Part shown: one piece after another, positions 12,996 to 24,831 of the stretch
Layout of the letters: each line of letters starts with the position of its first letter
Position numbering within the stretch: the first letter of the stretch is position 1
DNA from: Neoconidiobolus thromboides FSU 785
Taxonomy: Eukaryota; Fungi; Entomophthoromycota
Direction: 5' to 3'
Assembly (NCBI GenBank): GCA_025603075.1
Contig: MU626312.1
Coordinates: 51,851 to 115,850 of the forward strand
DNA length: 64,000 bases
Notes under the pieces: generated by a model
The model's database searches: none
What the model was told of the DNA's origin: nothing
Seen by the model: the letters and a program-made list of their open reading frames with translations, nothing else
Made by a program: the position numbers and the translations under genes

Positions 12996-15900
12996 TCAAT
13001 ATTTTAATTTGGATCTTTGATTAACTAGAATAAAAATAATTAAATATATATATAATTCTATAAATAGAAAATTAACTTACTATTTCATTAATTTTATCAG
13101 ATAAAACAATTAATTCTTGTTGATCATAATTTGAAATTGTAGTTGATAATTCATTAAATAAAATATTGACACATTTAATAATATTAGATTGAAATTGAGG
13201 ACCATTACCAAATAAAATTTTAGGTTGTGAAGGTAAATGAATTGTCAAAAATTCCTTCATAAAAGTCAATAACTAAGATTAAATAGAATATTAATAAAAT
13301 TAAAATAAACTAATTTAATAATAATTAAACTTACATTTTCAATATTATTACTCTCTTTTTTATTTAATAAATTAATCTCTTCTCTTTTTAAATATTCCAT
13401 AAACATTGTTCTTAAACTACTTGATACTATCAATTCAATTCCAATATTCCATTTTAATTTAGCAAATTTAGTCTAAAATTAATAAATATAATATATATAT
13501 AATATATATATAAAAGATTAGTGTCAATAATAATATCATTAATGATTTACCATCATCCATAACCCAACAAAATGAAGACACCAATCTTTTTGTTCAAACA
13601 TTCTACGAATTATACTTTTACTTAATTGTATAAATTTTATCTAATTGATTATTGTTAGTCAATAAAAATAATTTAAAACAGAATATAGAATATTAAGCTA
13701 TTGAATACTTACTTTACGTTCCTCGTTACTAAATTGAAGATCACATCCTCTTAATATTATTTGAAGTATTAATAAATATTCAATTTCTTCATTAAAATTG
13801 ATTATAAATTTTTTTAATATTGTTAATGTCTAAATGATAATAACAAATTAATAAAATTAATATTAGTTAAAACAAAAAAACCTACTTCAATAATAATTTG
13901 ATCTAATATTAATAATGGGATGTAAGCAACCATATTTAACCATGAATTGATTAACATTAAATCTATTGAATTCTTATAAAATGAGCAATAATTATTCAAA
14001 CATTTTATAGAATTTGTTAATAATTTTTCAATTAAATTTATACTTAAATTTTCTTCTGAAAAACAATAAAATAATTGACTTAAACTTTTATACATCCATT
14101 TCTATTAAAATAAAATATTAAAATAATAATTATAATATAATTAGTTACCGTTAAGTAATTATTAGAATAAATCAAATGACTATTCTTATTAAATGCAGCT
14201 AAAATTACTTTTTCCATCTAATAAAATTAATAAATAACAATAACAATAAAATCAATTTTAAATAAGTTACTTTAGTATCATAGTTTTGATGTAAGTGAAT
14301 TTGATTTAAAGGTAAACAACTAGTTAATACTAATAGCTTTATTGGATCCGTTTCAAAATTTTTAATTATTAATAACATTTCTTTAGCTACAAATAGCTAA
14401 TATTTTAAATTATTATTGTTAATATTATTATTTGATATTTATGAATAACTTTACCCTCAACTCTCGACTTCCTTGTAATATAAATAAATGAATTAAATTA
14501 CCAATTCTTTCATATACTATTTCATTATCCAAATGTAAACATAACTAAAAAATAAAGTTATATAAATATAAGTATAAGTATAAGTATAAATATAAAAAAT
14601 AGACAATATTACCAAATGGGTTAATGCTTTAAAATGATCTAATTGTACCGATTCATTTAATCCTGAATAAACAATATTCCAAACTTTTATTATTAATTGA
14701 TAAGTAAAATAACCTCCATTTACAATGTAACTTAAAAATATTTGCTCCCATCTTCCTACTTTATATTTTTGATAAAATGATATTAATATTAATAAAGTTT
14801 GACTTAGTTGATGTTGAAATGATTCTATTTCATTTGATTCTGTTTCGTTACTAATATTTAAATAATAAACACTTATTATCTCATCTACTAATTTTAATAG
14901 GTTAGATAAAATACATGCTTGATCTTCATTAGTTAATTGAGAAGACAAATAAAGTAAAATATCCTCTTCGTTTGATAATACAAAATGTTGAATTACAAAT
15001 GAAATACAATTTAATTTCCCATAATTTAATATAATTCTATCATTATCATTAAAATTGATATTATATTTCAATTCAAATATTTGTTCAATTATTGTTATAT
15101 TGGAATTACTTTCAAAATAATTTTCAATAAAAAATTGTTGATTAAAATTAGTTTGTACTGTTCGATATGTTTCTTTAATTGAATCATTTAAATAATTACA
15201 ATTCATTATATAATGTTGATTATAAGGGAAATATCTAATAGTTAATTAATAATAATAAATAATAAATAATAATAAATTACTTACCCATTAATGTAAACTA
15301 AAATCATTCTTATTTGATTAAAAATATCATGTTTATTTTGTACTATTATACCATTTAAAACACATTTTTTAATTATTAAGAATAGTGAATAAAGTGTTTG
15401 AAAATAATAAACAAAAGAATCTTGTATTTTATCATCTTGATTCAATTGTAATAAATTGATTCCTTCTTTATCTTTTAAGAAAAGGTAAAGTTTTGTAATA
15501 ATCCCATAAATTAACTCTTTTAACTTGAAATATTATAAATTAATGGTTTCATGCAATAAAAAACTATACTTACTCTTAAATTATTAATAAAACTTGCTTT
15601 TAATGAGTTGATTTTAATCAATTTTAACACTTCTTTATAAATTTCTTTTCTGTATATTAATTCGTCACTTTGAATCTCCATAAGAGCAAATTGATTACAT
15701 ACTAAAATAGATTCATATTAATTAATTAATTAAAAATCAAATTCACTTACTATTTGCCAATGTATCTCCACTTGCATCTTTAATATTATCATCAGAATCT
15801 AATATCATATTAATCCCACCTAAAAACATAAAAATCTCGTTTTCCCAATTATTAAACTGTTCCTTAGAGTCCAATGGAATCTTATCTTTATATTCATACT

Positions 15901-16334
15901 TAAAAATAAGTTAATTAATACAAATAATATTATAAAATCTTACCATAAAGTGCAAATCCCTATTTATTTTTTTTAAAAATGTAACATAAATTCCAGCACT
16001 ATTTGTATAATCCCCAACAATGGTATCTAACCACATCAGTATTTTTCCACTAAGTAAAGATTGAACCTGAATTTTATAATGTCAAATCCATTTGAATCGA
16101 TGGTTAATACTCAAACTTACTTCTATGAATTTATTTATGTTAATTTCTTTGGTTTGCATTTCATTAAAAAAAGCGTCTATAATCAATTCAAACTAAATCA
16201 ATCATTAGCATTGAACATAAAAATCCAATTTCTCTTACTTTCAATTGAACTAATTTTAACTCTTTTTTAGCTTCTATTAATTCGTCTAATTGTTCGATTT
16301 CTAGACGATAATACTGAATCTCCATTGCTTCCAT
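12996..16334 (-). CDS. FIRRM: FIRRM/C1orf112/FLIP-like HEAT-repeat protein (DUF4487), multi-exon
   Basis: Three spliced blocks align in order and spacing with human C1orf112 as I recall it: LIIKKCVLNGIIVQNKHDI, WEQIFLSYIVNGGYFTYQLIIKVWNIVYSGLNESVQLDHFKALTHL and FEQKDWCLHFVGLWMMTKFAK. Not confirmed by an HMM search. Confidence 0.65.
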
Positions 16335-16539
16335 TTTGAATTTGAATTTTATTGAAAGACAAAACTTAAGCTTTTCATTATTTAGATTCACAAAGGTTTC
16401 AATTTGCGCAGTTAATTGATAGAAACACGGATTAAATTAAAGCGTTAATTGGTGCTTTATTTTCTGCATTTTATTCAGTTGAATTTTTTAAAATATTGAA
16501 GGAACTCTATTTTTAAAATAATAATAATAAAAAATATAT

Positions 16540-16633
16540 GCGGATGTTTTTTTAATTTCATCACTTTTTCCATTTTTAAGCGCTATTTGAATGGAATAAT
16601 TGTTAGTAAAAACTTTAAATAAAATATATTACT
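16540..16633. mobile_element. MITE family copy 3 (right end decayed)
   Basis: ATAT followed by GCGGATGTTTTTTT and the family core TTTTAAGCGCTATTTGAATGGAA. Right TIR degenerate. Confidence 0.7.
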
Positions 16634-17588
16634 TTTTATAATCTTTTCTATAAAATCAATCTTAAAAATTTTAAAAATTGAAGTTACTGAAAAATAGCTA
16701 GTCACGTTATAAATTAGATTATGTCTGATTTTTATTATTTTATTTGAAATATTCAAAGTTATATTAATTTTTTGTTGTTTGGCATCTTTATTAAATATTG
16801 GGACTTTTAGGAAGTATTATATCATTTATAAAAATTAGATATCAAATAAAACTATACGTTAATTGATAAATCAATAAATAAAGTATAAGTAGCTTCCAAT
16901 TGAATCGATTTTTATTACACTATTGAAAAAAACAAGTGAATAATATCTTTTATGCCACTATATAAATTCGTTACAAATTAATCTTAGTTGATTTAAAACA
17001 GCCTACTTTCACATTGAATGTTAATAAATATGAGTGAAATTTTTTTAATAAAAATACTTTTGAGCAACTGATATATCCCTTTTCTTCTTTTCTAATTTGT
17101 CCCCTACTCTTCATTCTGGCCATTGAGCTTTCAACTAGCTAATTTTTTAATATAAATCTTCAGTTGATTACATTTAAACTTCTTCTAATGCCAGCTTCTC
17201 TTTACTCCATGCTCAATTAACTTATAAGATGATAATTAAATACATTAAATAAGATTTGGTAAGATCTACTAAATGTACTCTTGTGCTACAGTATGTCTCT
17301 TCAATCAAATGGTTTTTCTTGACTAGTTTTAATTTTATCTGGATTTTGAGTATCCGATTCTTCTAATCTTACTGATCTTTACATTTTACTACTATAATCA
17401 AAATACACAAAAACATCACTGTCTCAAGATTTTAACAAAAACAAAACATTCTAAAAACTTAATCTATTTAAATAAAAACAAGTTTATTATCATTTTTAAA
17501 ATATCATGATAAAATAGTTTAAAATTGCAAAATTGGTCTTTAAGATATTAAAAAGTGAAATCCATTCAATACTTCAAAGCTTAAAAAT

Positions 17589-19556
17589 CTAATGCATGGA
17601 ACTCGGGCTAAACAATAGTTAGTTAAATGAAGTTTAAAATTGAAATTAACCCTACTTTTGCAGTAATATCAAAACTTTGATAAGCCGCACTTTGTTCTAC
17701 ATTGATATAATCTTTAGTTTTGAGTACTAAAAGTTCATAAAAGAGATTGACTGCAGTAGAACGTTTAGCCGTTTCATCCTTTAATTTATGTTAATAATAA
17801 TATACAAAATTTCATTATTTATTACCCTATCAACGATTTCATCAAAAGAAGCCGGTCCTTCAAGGTTAGATGTAAATAAATGACTGGATCGCTCTTCAAG
17901 ATTTTCTTTAATAAGCCTAACTGCAGTTAATGTACTTCTTGCAATACTTCCTAGTTGTTCATTTCCAATGATGTCATCTTCGGCAGTATCATTAAGCCCC
18001 TCGTTATTACGTGTATTATCACCACCTGTGAATAACATACTTTGTTCAACTATGGAAAAATATTAATATACAGAAAGGATAAATGCAGATAGGACCTACT
18101 GTAGTCTTCACGAACAGATCCTTGATCCTAAAATCAATTATTAAATATAATAAATTATAAGCTTTAAATTGAATTTACATTAAATGGGATAGATGAATAA
18201 TCCGATCCGTTACTTCCATCAGGTAAAATATCTCCTCCTTTTAAATTAATTAAATATACTTATTTTAAGTGGTAAGTTAAATTACCAGAAAAGGCATTAA
18301 TTGGGGAATTTAAATCCATGGGTGTTGTTGATTTAAATGGATCAATAGTAAAACGAGAAAATACTTCTTGGAGTTCTGGAATTAAATTAGATGGCCCTTG
18401 GGTATTCATAAAAGCACTTAATTCATTATTTTCAGTTGACCATGAAGTAAGATGTTTCTTAGATTGATGAAGACTTGAATCTTCAAAACCGGTATCGGTA
18501 ATAGTAATATCAGTAGTATCATTGATACTATTTTGAAATTCTTGATTACTATAAGAAGTAACTAAATCAACTAAATTCTTTCTTTTACGTAATAATGAAT
18601 TTTTCATATTTCTTGAATGAAGTAAAAAATCCAAATCTCCAGTGGATGCTGATCTTAGTTGTTCATCTAGTTCTTGATTTGGTGCTCCAGAGATATCAGG
18701 TATAGAGAAATCATGATTTAAACTACTCCCGAATCCTCCAGGAGTAATATTTAAATCAGTATTAGAATCAAATAATGGTGATTTATTTGATTTATTGAAG
18801 TCACCTTGATTAGTACTAAGTTGAAGTCCTTGCATTTCGCCTGTAAGACGACCTGCTTCATAACTATCAGCTGAATCAGGCACTAATAATCCAAAGTCTA
18901 AACCAATAGGAAGGTTTGGTTCATCGTCTGGTAAATCAAACGCTTGATATCCTTCAGAGCCAAATCCTGTATCTCCTCCTCCGAAACCAGCTATAGTGAT
19001 ATCTTTGGTCTTTGAAAACGTTGCATGTAAGCCATGAGATTCCATTTCCCAATGTCTAAATATAAAATTAGAAATTAAAAATTAGATTTATGTCTAAAAT
19101 TACCTTAAATTATAATCAGGATCTGGCATTACAATAGAAAATTCAGTAATGGCATCTGGTATAGTGATGGAACTAGGGTTGGCAAAATGTTGATCAGCTG
19201 GAAGATCAATTGAACCCGGACGAAAAGATAATTTTAATTTCATGTTAGCATCAGTACATTCTTCCAATAAGTACTTAGCTTTTCTAGAATAAATACGAAC
19301 TACACCTAGTAAAAGTTGGCCAGATAGTCTTAAAGCCATTGGGGGAACTTCTCCACTTGTCATTTTACCTATAAAGTTATCGTTAGTTAAATCCTTAATC
19401 AATTTCTACTATATAATTACTGGTTGATTCCACAATGTTAATTGAAAGAAGCTGAGATTTAGTAAGCTTTTTTTCCATATGAGAAGCAAGCCATATCTTG
19501 GCTAAAGCCCCATCCTTATCATCTCCAGATAATAATATTGCTTGCGAAAAAAACAT
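17589..19556 (-). CDS. RAD21: Cohesin kleisin Rad21/Scc1/Mcd1
   Basis: N-terminal LAKIWLASHMEKKLTK and MALRLSGQLLLGVVRIYSRKAKYLLEEC. Central RKRKNLVD. C-terminal winged helix RSTAVNLFYELLVLKTKDYINVEQ. Confidence 0.95.
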
Positions 19557-19890
19557 TTAAACTTTGGTGCAATATGTTAAGAATAACTATTATATAATAA
19601 TAGTCGTTCTATTTATACTTTTATTTTAAAAGTTAAGTCTATCTTCTTTGTAATTGGATAATTGAGAAAAATAGAATACCCAATCATATTATCTATTCTT
19701 AGAATTAATACTTTTAATTTGGGATCGTTTCTATTACGTCTTTTTATGACTATTGGCTGTTTATACAACTCCATTTTTTTTTAAAATTCGTGTCGATTTT
19801 TGGCGAATTATTTTCCTCTATTCTTACAATTTTCAAAAATTTGAAAAACCAATCAGATAATAATTACAATTACTGAAAAAAGGAACATAT

Positions 19891-19989
19891 GGGGATGTAA
19901 CTTATGTTTGAAAATTTTACTATAGATTTTTCTGTTCAAATAGCACTTGAAAGATAGGAAAAATGATAAAGCCAAAAAAAAACAATCCC
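19891..19989. mobile_element. MITE family copy 4 (99 bp)
   Basis: GGGGATGTAA...AAAAAACAATCCC with ATAT/ATAT flanks. Confidence 0.8.
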
Positions 19990-20301
19990 ATATTAAAAGT
20001 AGGAGGCAAGACGCTGTTTAAAAACCTTTACATTACTAATTTTGAAAAGCTGTATTTTACTGTTTTCATCTTATTATAGTATCAATTGTTTCAAAATAAT
20101 AATTAAAAGGTATATAGTTATTTTTTAAAATTTTTTATCATAAATAAGCTACTTAATTTTTTATTAAAATAAAATTAAAATAGTAAGACTAATTTATAAC
20201 TGATTCAATCAGCCTGAAAAATGAAATAGTCATAAAGAAAAAATTAACATTTTGAGTAGTTTCATTTAATATTATATCACGACTACTAAAAACCAATTTA
20301 T

Positions 20302-22257
20302 TTAACTCGATTTCTTAGTATTCTTAATAATCAACTCAAACATTTGACTTGACATTAATTGTCCTTCCTTTAATCTCGATTCGAAAAAATTTTGAATATT
20401 TAAAAATTTCTTTTTGTAAGATTCCATAACTCCCAGATTAATCGTTTGTGCCCAAGATTGTGTAGCTGAAAAGAACTAGATAAGAATGTTATATTGTCAA
20501 ATTATTACTAAATTATTTATGTTTAAATTTACGCTCAAATCATCTAATCTTATTTCTTTATCATGTAAAGCACAGTCCATTGTTTCATTTAATAACTCAT
20601 AGTTAGTAAATAAATATTCAACAATGCCTAACCAGACTCTGAATGGAGGTGTTTGGCATACAATATGGTTGTAGGGATCGATTTTCATTTGATACCACGA
20701 ATCTACCTATTAATTATTAAATATTATTGCCTATTACATTAATTATCATAATTACTATTGCTAATAAAGATAAATGGGAATTTGGTTTCTTTTCTTGAGG
20801 TGGTACTTTGGCCATTGAAAATTGATCCAAGATATCATTTGATAATAATAAATCTTTTAAAGCTTCTTTAGACATAAATTTTTCTTTAAAGATATATTTT
20901 CCTGCCTAAAAATTAGTTATGTAAAGAATGATATATATAAAAGATATTGTATAGAATAAATGTAATGATTAATTAATAAATGCTTACTTCCAATATCCTA
21001 TCCTTAAACTCATCTTCTTTTTCTTGAATCATAAGCTCAAACAATGATTTAACTGATTCTGCATATTGTAACACTTGCTTTTTAGCACTTGGATTCAAAA
21101 GAGCCAAACCTAACAAAAAATTAAAAATTTATAAAGGTCAACAAAATAGCTCAATTACCTGCATAAACGTGCCATTTGTTACTGAAGATTCGAAGCATAA
21201 CATTGACCTTGGCATTTTCTATCCCTCCAACATAAGATTTGGTTTCCCACTTTAAAATATATTGTGGTTAAGTTCTGGTATTAATTTGAAATCTTGACTT
21301 ACAGGAAACATTTTTCGTGACATCCAAGCGGCGCCCATACTATTCAGCGTTAATTTAAATAAAAAAAATACAACATATGTTACCTTATAAAAGCTAAATG
21401 AGTTACAGCTTGTGTATTAGCAGTGATACTGTAGTGGATTAAATGAAATTAAAATTGAAACAAAATGATTACTCATCGTGTTCTTTGTAGTTCAACTCAA
21501 TTAAGTTGGATTTGAGACTCTTCAATACTTCTAAGATTATCTTTTTACTTTTTTCACTATTTCGATACTCAATGAATGCCTTTTAAAGTTTAAATCCTTA
21601 TTTAAGCTGTTACTTAATTGTCTTACTAATGGCTGCTCTACAGGATTAATCTTAGGTCCGTGCATAGAGTGACAAGTAATTATCTCCACATCTTTTGGTA
21701 AGTATTTTTCAAAAGCCGCAATCTCAGGTGCCTTTACTGAAGTCTAGGTATTTATGAAACTATAATTAATCATATATTTTTTACATTTCTCTTACCTGTC
21801 CTGCTACTATAGCACCTACTTTAGTGGCTATTTATTTGCTTAATCGATTTTTTATTAATGTAGGATAATAGTCACCTGGTCCATATAATCCTACCACTTT
21901 GTCCAGGTTCTCTGCTTCTACAGAATAGATGATAAAATCACTTTGTCGTGATACTAGATACCCATCTTTTAATACTTTGATACCGCTACCGACTATATTT
22001 TTTTAGAGTTATATAGGTGTGTTATTAGTTATGGTTTTTTTACCAGGGTATTTTGATAGTAACTCATCATACTTGGAAGGCAAATCACATATGTTTATAC
22101 TAAAGATGTATAAAATTAAAAAAAATTGAAATTCATAAACTTACTTTTTCCAACCATTTGAACGAAACTGAGTTGCGTAGAGTTGTCCCATATCTCCTGC
22201 TCCTATTATTCCTATTTCAAAGTTTTGTTTCAGTTGCTCTATTTCTTGCCCATTCAT
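20302..22257 (-). CDS. TYR1: Prephenate dehydrogenase (NADP+)
   Basis: IGIIGAGDMG Rossmann motif, VSRQSDFIIYSVEA, GAIVAGQTSVKAPEIAAFEKYLPKDVEIITCHSMHGP, HDXITADTQAVTHLAF, HIVCQTPPFRVWLGI. Confidence 0.95.
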
Positions 22258-22567
22258 TTTAGTTCTTATTTAATGCACTAGTTATGTAGTTTTTTTGATA
22301 GTTTAGTAAAAAAAGATAATTTAGATTGTATTTAAGCTTAATTACATCACCCCTTTTTCTTCTAAACAACTTTATTCCTGGATTTAAATTACCGATTAAA
22401 CAGTTTAAAAAATACAATTAAGTCCAAATAAATTTATTAAACAGTGATTTTTATTATTAAAAAAATATGCTTTTTAAACAAAACTAATTCAATACTCTTA
22501 TAAATTTAATACAAATAATTAAAATTAAGCATAGCTTATTGTTACTACATAATAGCTAAGGCTTATA

Positions 22568-23548
22568 TTAATTCAAATGATTAGGAAATGATCTGAAATT
22601 ATCACTATGTGGCATAGGGCCGATTCCAATAACCCATCCTAGCTTATTTTGAAATAAATAAATAGTCGCAACAAATTCTCCATTTGAAATAGAATTATGA
22701 CGATCTAAATCTGTTGCCCAATCAGTTACTAAAGCTCTTCCAAATAATTTTCCTTCCTTCATTTTAGTGCTAGCTATTTCAATACCTAGATTCCAATATT
22801 CTACTAATTTTAAATAACATTCTTTTTTGAATTGATTGTCTGCCTCATGATCCCAATTGGGTAGCCGATGTACTAAATCTGTAGCTAATCTCAAAAAGTT
22901 GAATATCATACTTGGCATATCTTTTTCTGCTGTAAAAAAGTGGTCGGCATATTGTATCATTGATTCCTATTAATACTTAGTTTGGTCCATAAAAACAAAA
23001 AAATATCTTACTCTTAGCTCAATTAATCTTGGCCTAACTCTAGTAAAAGAATATCGATCTCTGTTTTGCCCATCTCTATTAAATGGGAATGACTCATGTA
23101 CTCTCTTTTCTAGGTTAGAAAAGGCAAACGATACCGATTGGATAGTTGGACGTGGAACAGCAGCTAAAAAGTCAGAACGTAAGCCAGGATTAGCTTCAGT
23201 TACTTTTTCAACTACTTCAAGAAGATCGTCTCTTGATAATGAGTCTAAAAGATAAGTTAAAGTCTTTTGAGAAACCAACTCTTTGCGATATCTCTTTTTT
23301 ATTCCCTTAATACGAAGCACTGCTGGTGGGGTATTATTAAAATGTTCATTGTTTGATACTGGAGAGCTGATTGATTCTTGATTATTTCTACGTCCATAGT
23401 CTTCATTTTCTGGTGAAAAGGAACGCTTGTTGGATTCAGGAGCATGTTGAACTTCTTGAGTACTTTGAGAGGCGAAATTAAAAGTATTTTGATTGATACT
23501 AGAAGTACTTGTGCCGAAAGCTCCAAAAACTGGTTGATGAGTGGCCAT
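22568..23548 (-). CDS. STS1: Nuclear proteasome tethering factor Sts1/Cut8, two exons
   Basis: LTYLLDSLSRDDL...PRPTIQS...SFPF...YSFTRVRPRL, intron, then FLRLATDLVHRLPNWD...LVEYW, the Cut8/Sts1 domain pattern. Basic NLS-like KKRYRK. Confidence 0.85.
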
Positions 23549-24831
23549 ATAATTAAATTTATAAAATAAACAAAAAAATAAAAAGCGTTAAATTTCTTAT
23601 TTTCTAATTTATTGTTAAGTACTAAGCATTCCAAAAGCCAAAATTGAAATTCATTGTTTAAACTGCAAATCATTGGTGGTTCACTGAATAATGATTGGGC
23701 AATAACAACAAATTGCATTTATATTATTTCAATATTTAACCAAAAAACAGCACAAGAAATTGACCTACGACTTTACTGGTTTTAGCTATAATAATAGTGT
23801 GATTGGTCAAGTATCAATTTAACTCCTTCACCACACATATTCGGCTCAAAAACAGTAACGTTACTATATACTAAAATATTACTGCTTTATCATATCCTAA
23901 AAAAATAAAAAAAAATTTGAAATAACATTATCAAGTGTTTAGATTTAAATAAAGTTATTTCTTTAAACTTTTATAAAAAATAAGCTATTTCCATTACTTT
24001 AGCATTTTTACTAGGCAGAGAGATTATTGGTTAAATAGGTACTAGTTTTAATTTTAAGCCCCCTAAATTTAAATATTATTTAATGCTACATAGCTTTAAA
24101 ACAAGGAAGCGTAAAGCAAGAAAATTAAGCAAGAAAAGCATAAAAATATAAAACAAGTAGAAAATAAGAAAACAGTAAGTTGCTGTTTACACTTTAGGAC
24201 AATGCCCGAATATAAATAAGTCCTTATGTTTTAAGTAATAGCATCAACCTCAATACAATAAAACTACAAATTAACTTATGAAATACTTTAGCCTGACTAT
24301 TATTAAATTTTTATTTGAAATAATACTCTACAACTATGATGGCTATTGGGGGACAAGCATTAGTATATTATTGTACATGCTAAATTTTTACAAACAATAA
24401 AAATTATTCTCTTCTTTCCAGCTTTATTTTTGCTTCTAGATAGAGAATGAGTGATAGTTGGATAGATCACTGTAAGGACTTTTCTATAATAAAAGACTAC
24501 AAATATTAGTTTTAGCAACAATCTATATCTATTAATAATAGGGTGCTTAACAACAAATTTTAGAACAATATATAACTATTATTAATAATTCTAACTTTTA
24601 AGGTTGCAATCTGGTGTAGTATTAAATACCAGCATTTTATCATAGCTTAATAGCTTATTGTCTAATTATTATATATCTCAATGACTGTTAAGCAATATTT
24701 AAAATCCGTAGCAACCAATAAGATCCATAAAAATAACAATAAAATATTAAAAACGAAGGCTAATTTATTGAATCCAGCCTTTAAATTGAAATTTCAATAA
24801 TATCGTTCAACAAACAGAAGTACCTTAAAAA

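Noticed and set aside
17050-17400. Purine-skewed minus-strand segment that reads vaguely like a decayed protein or chromodomain
   Set aside because: It has about 5 stops in 55 codons, as expected for random AT-rich DNA, and no convincing motif.
23299-23718. 139-aa ORF overlapping the STS1 start
   Set aside because: It is an alternative frame over a real gene plus AT-rich leader, with no recognisable domain.
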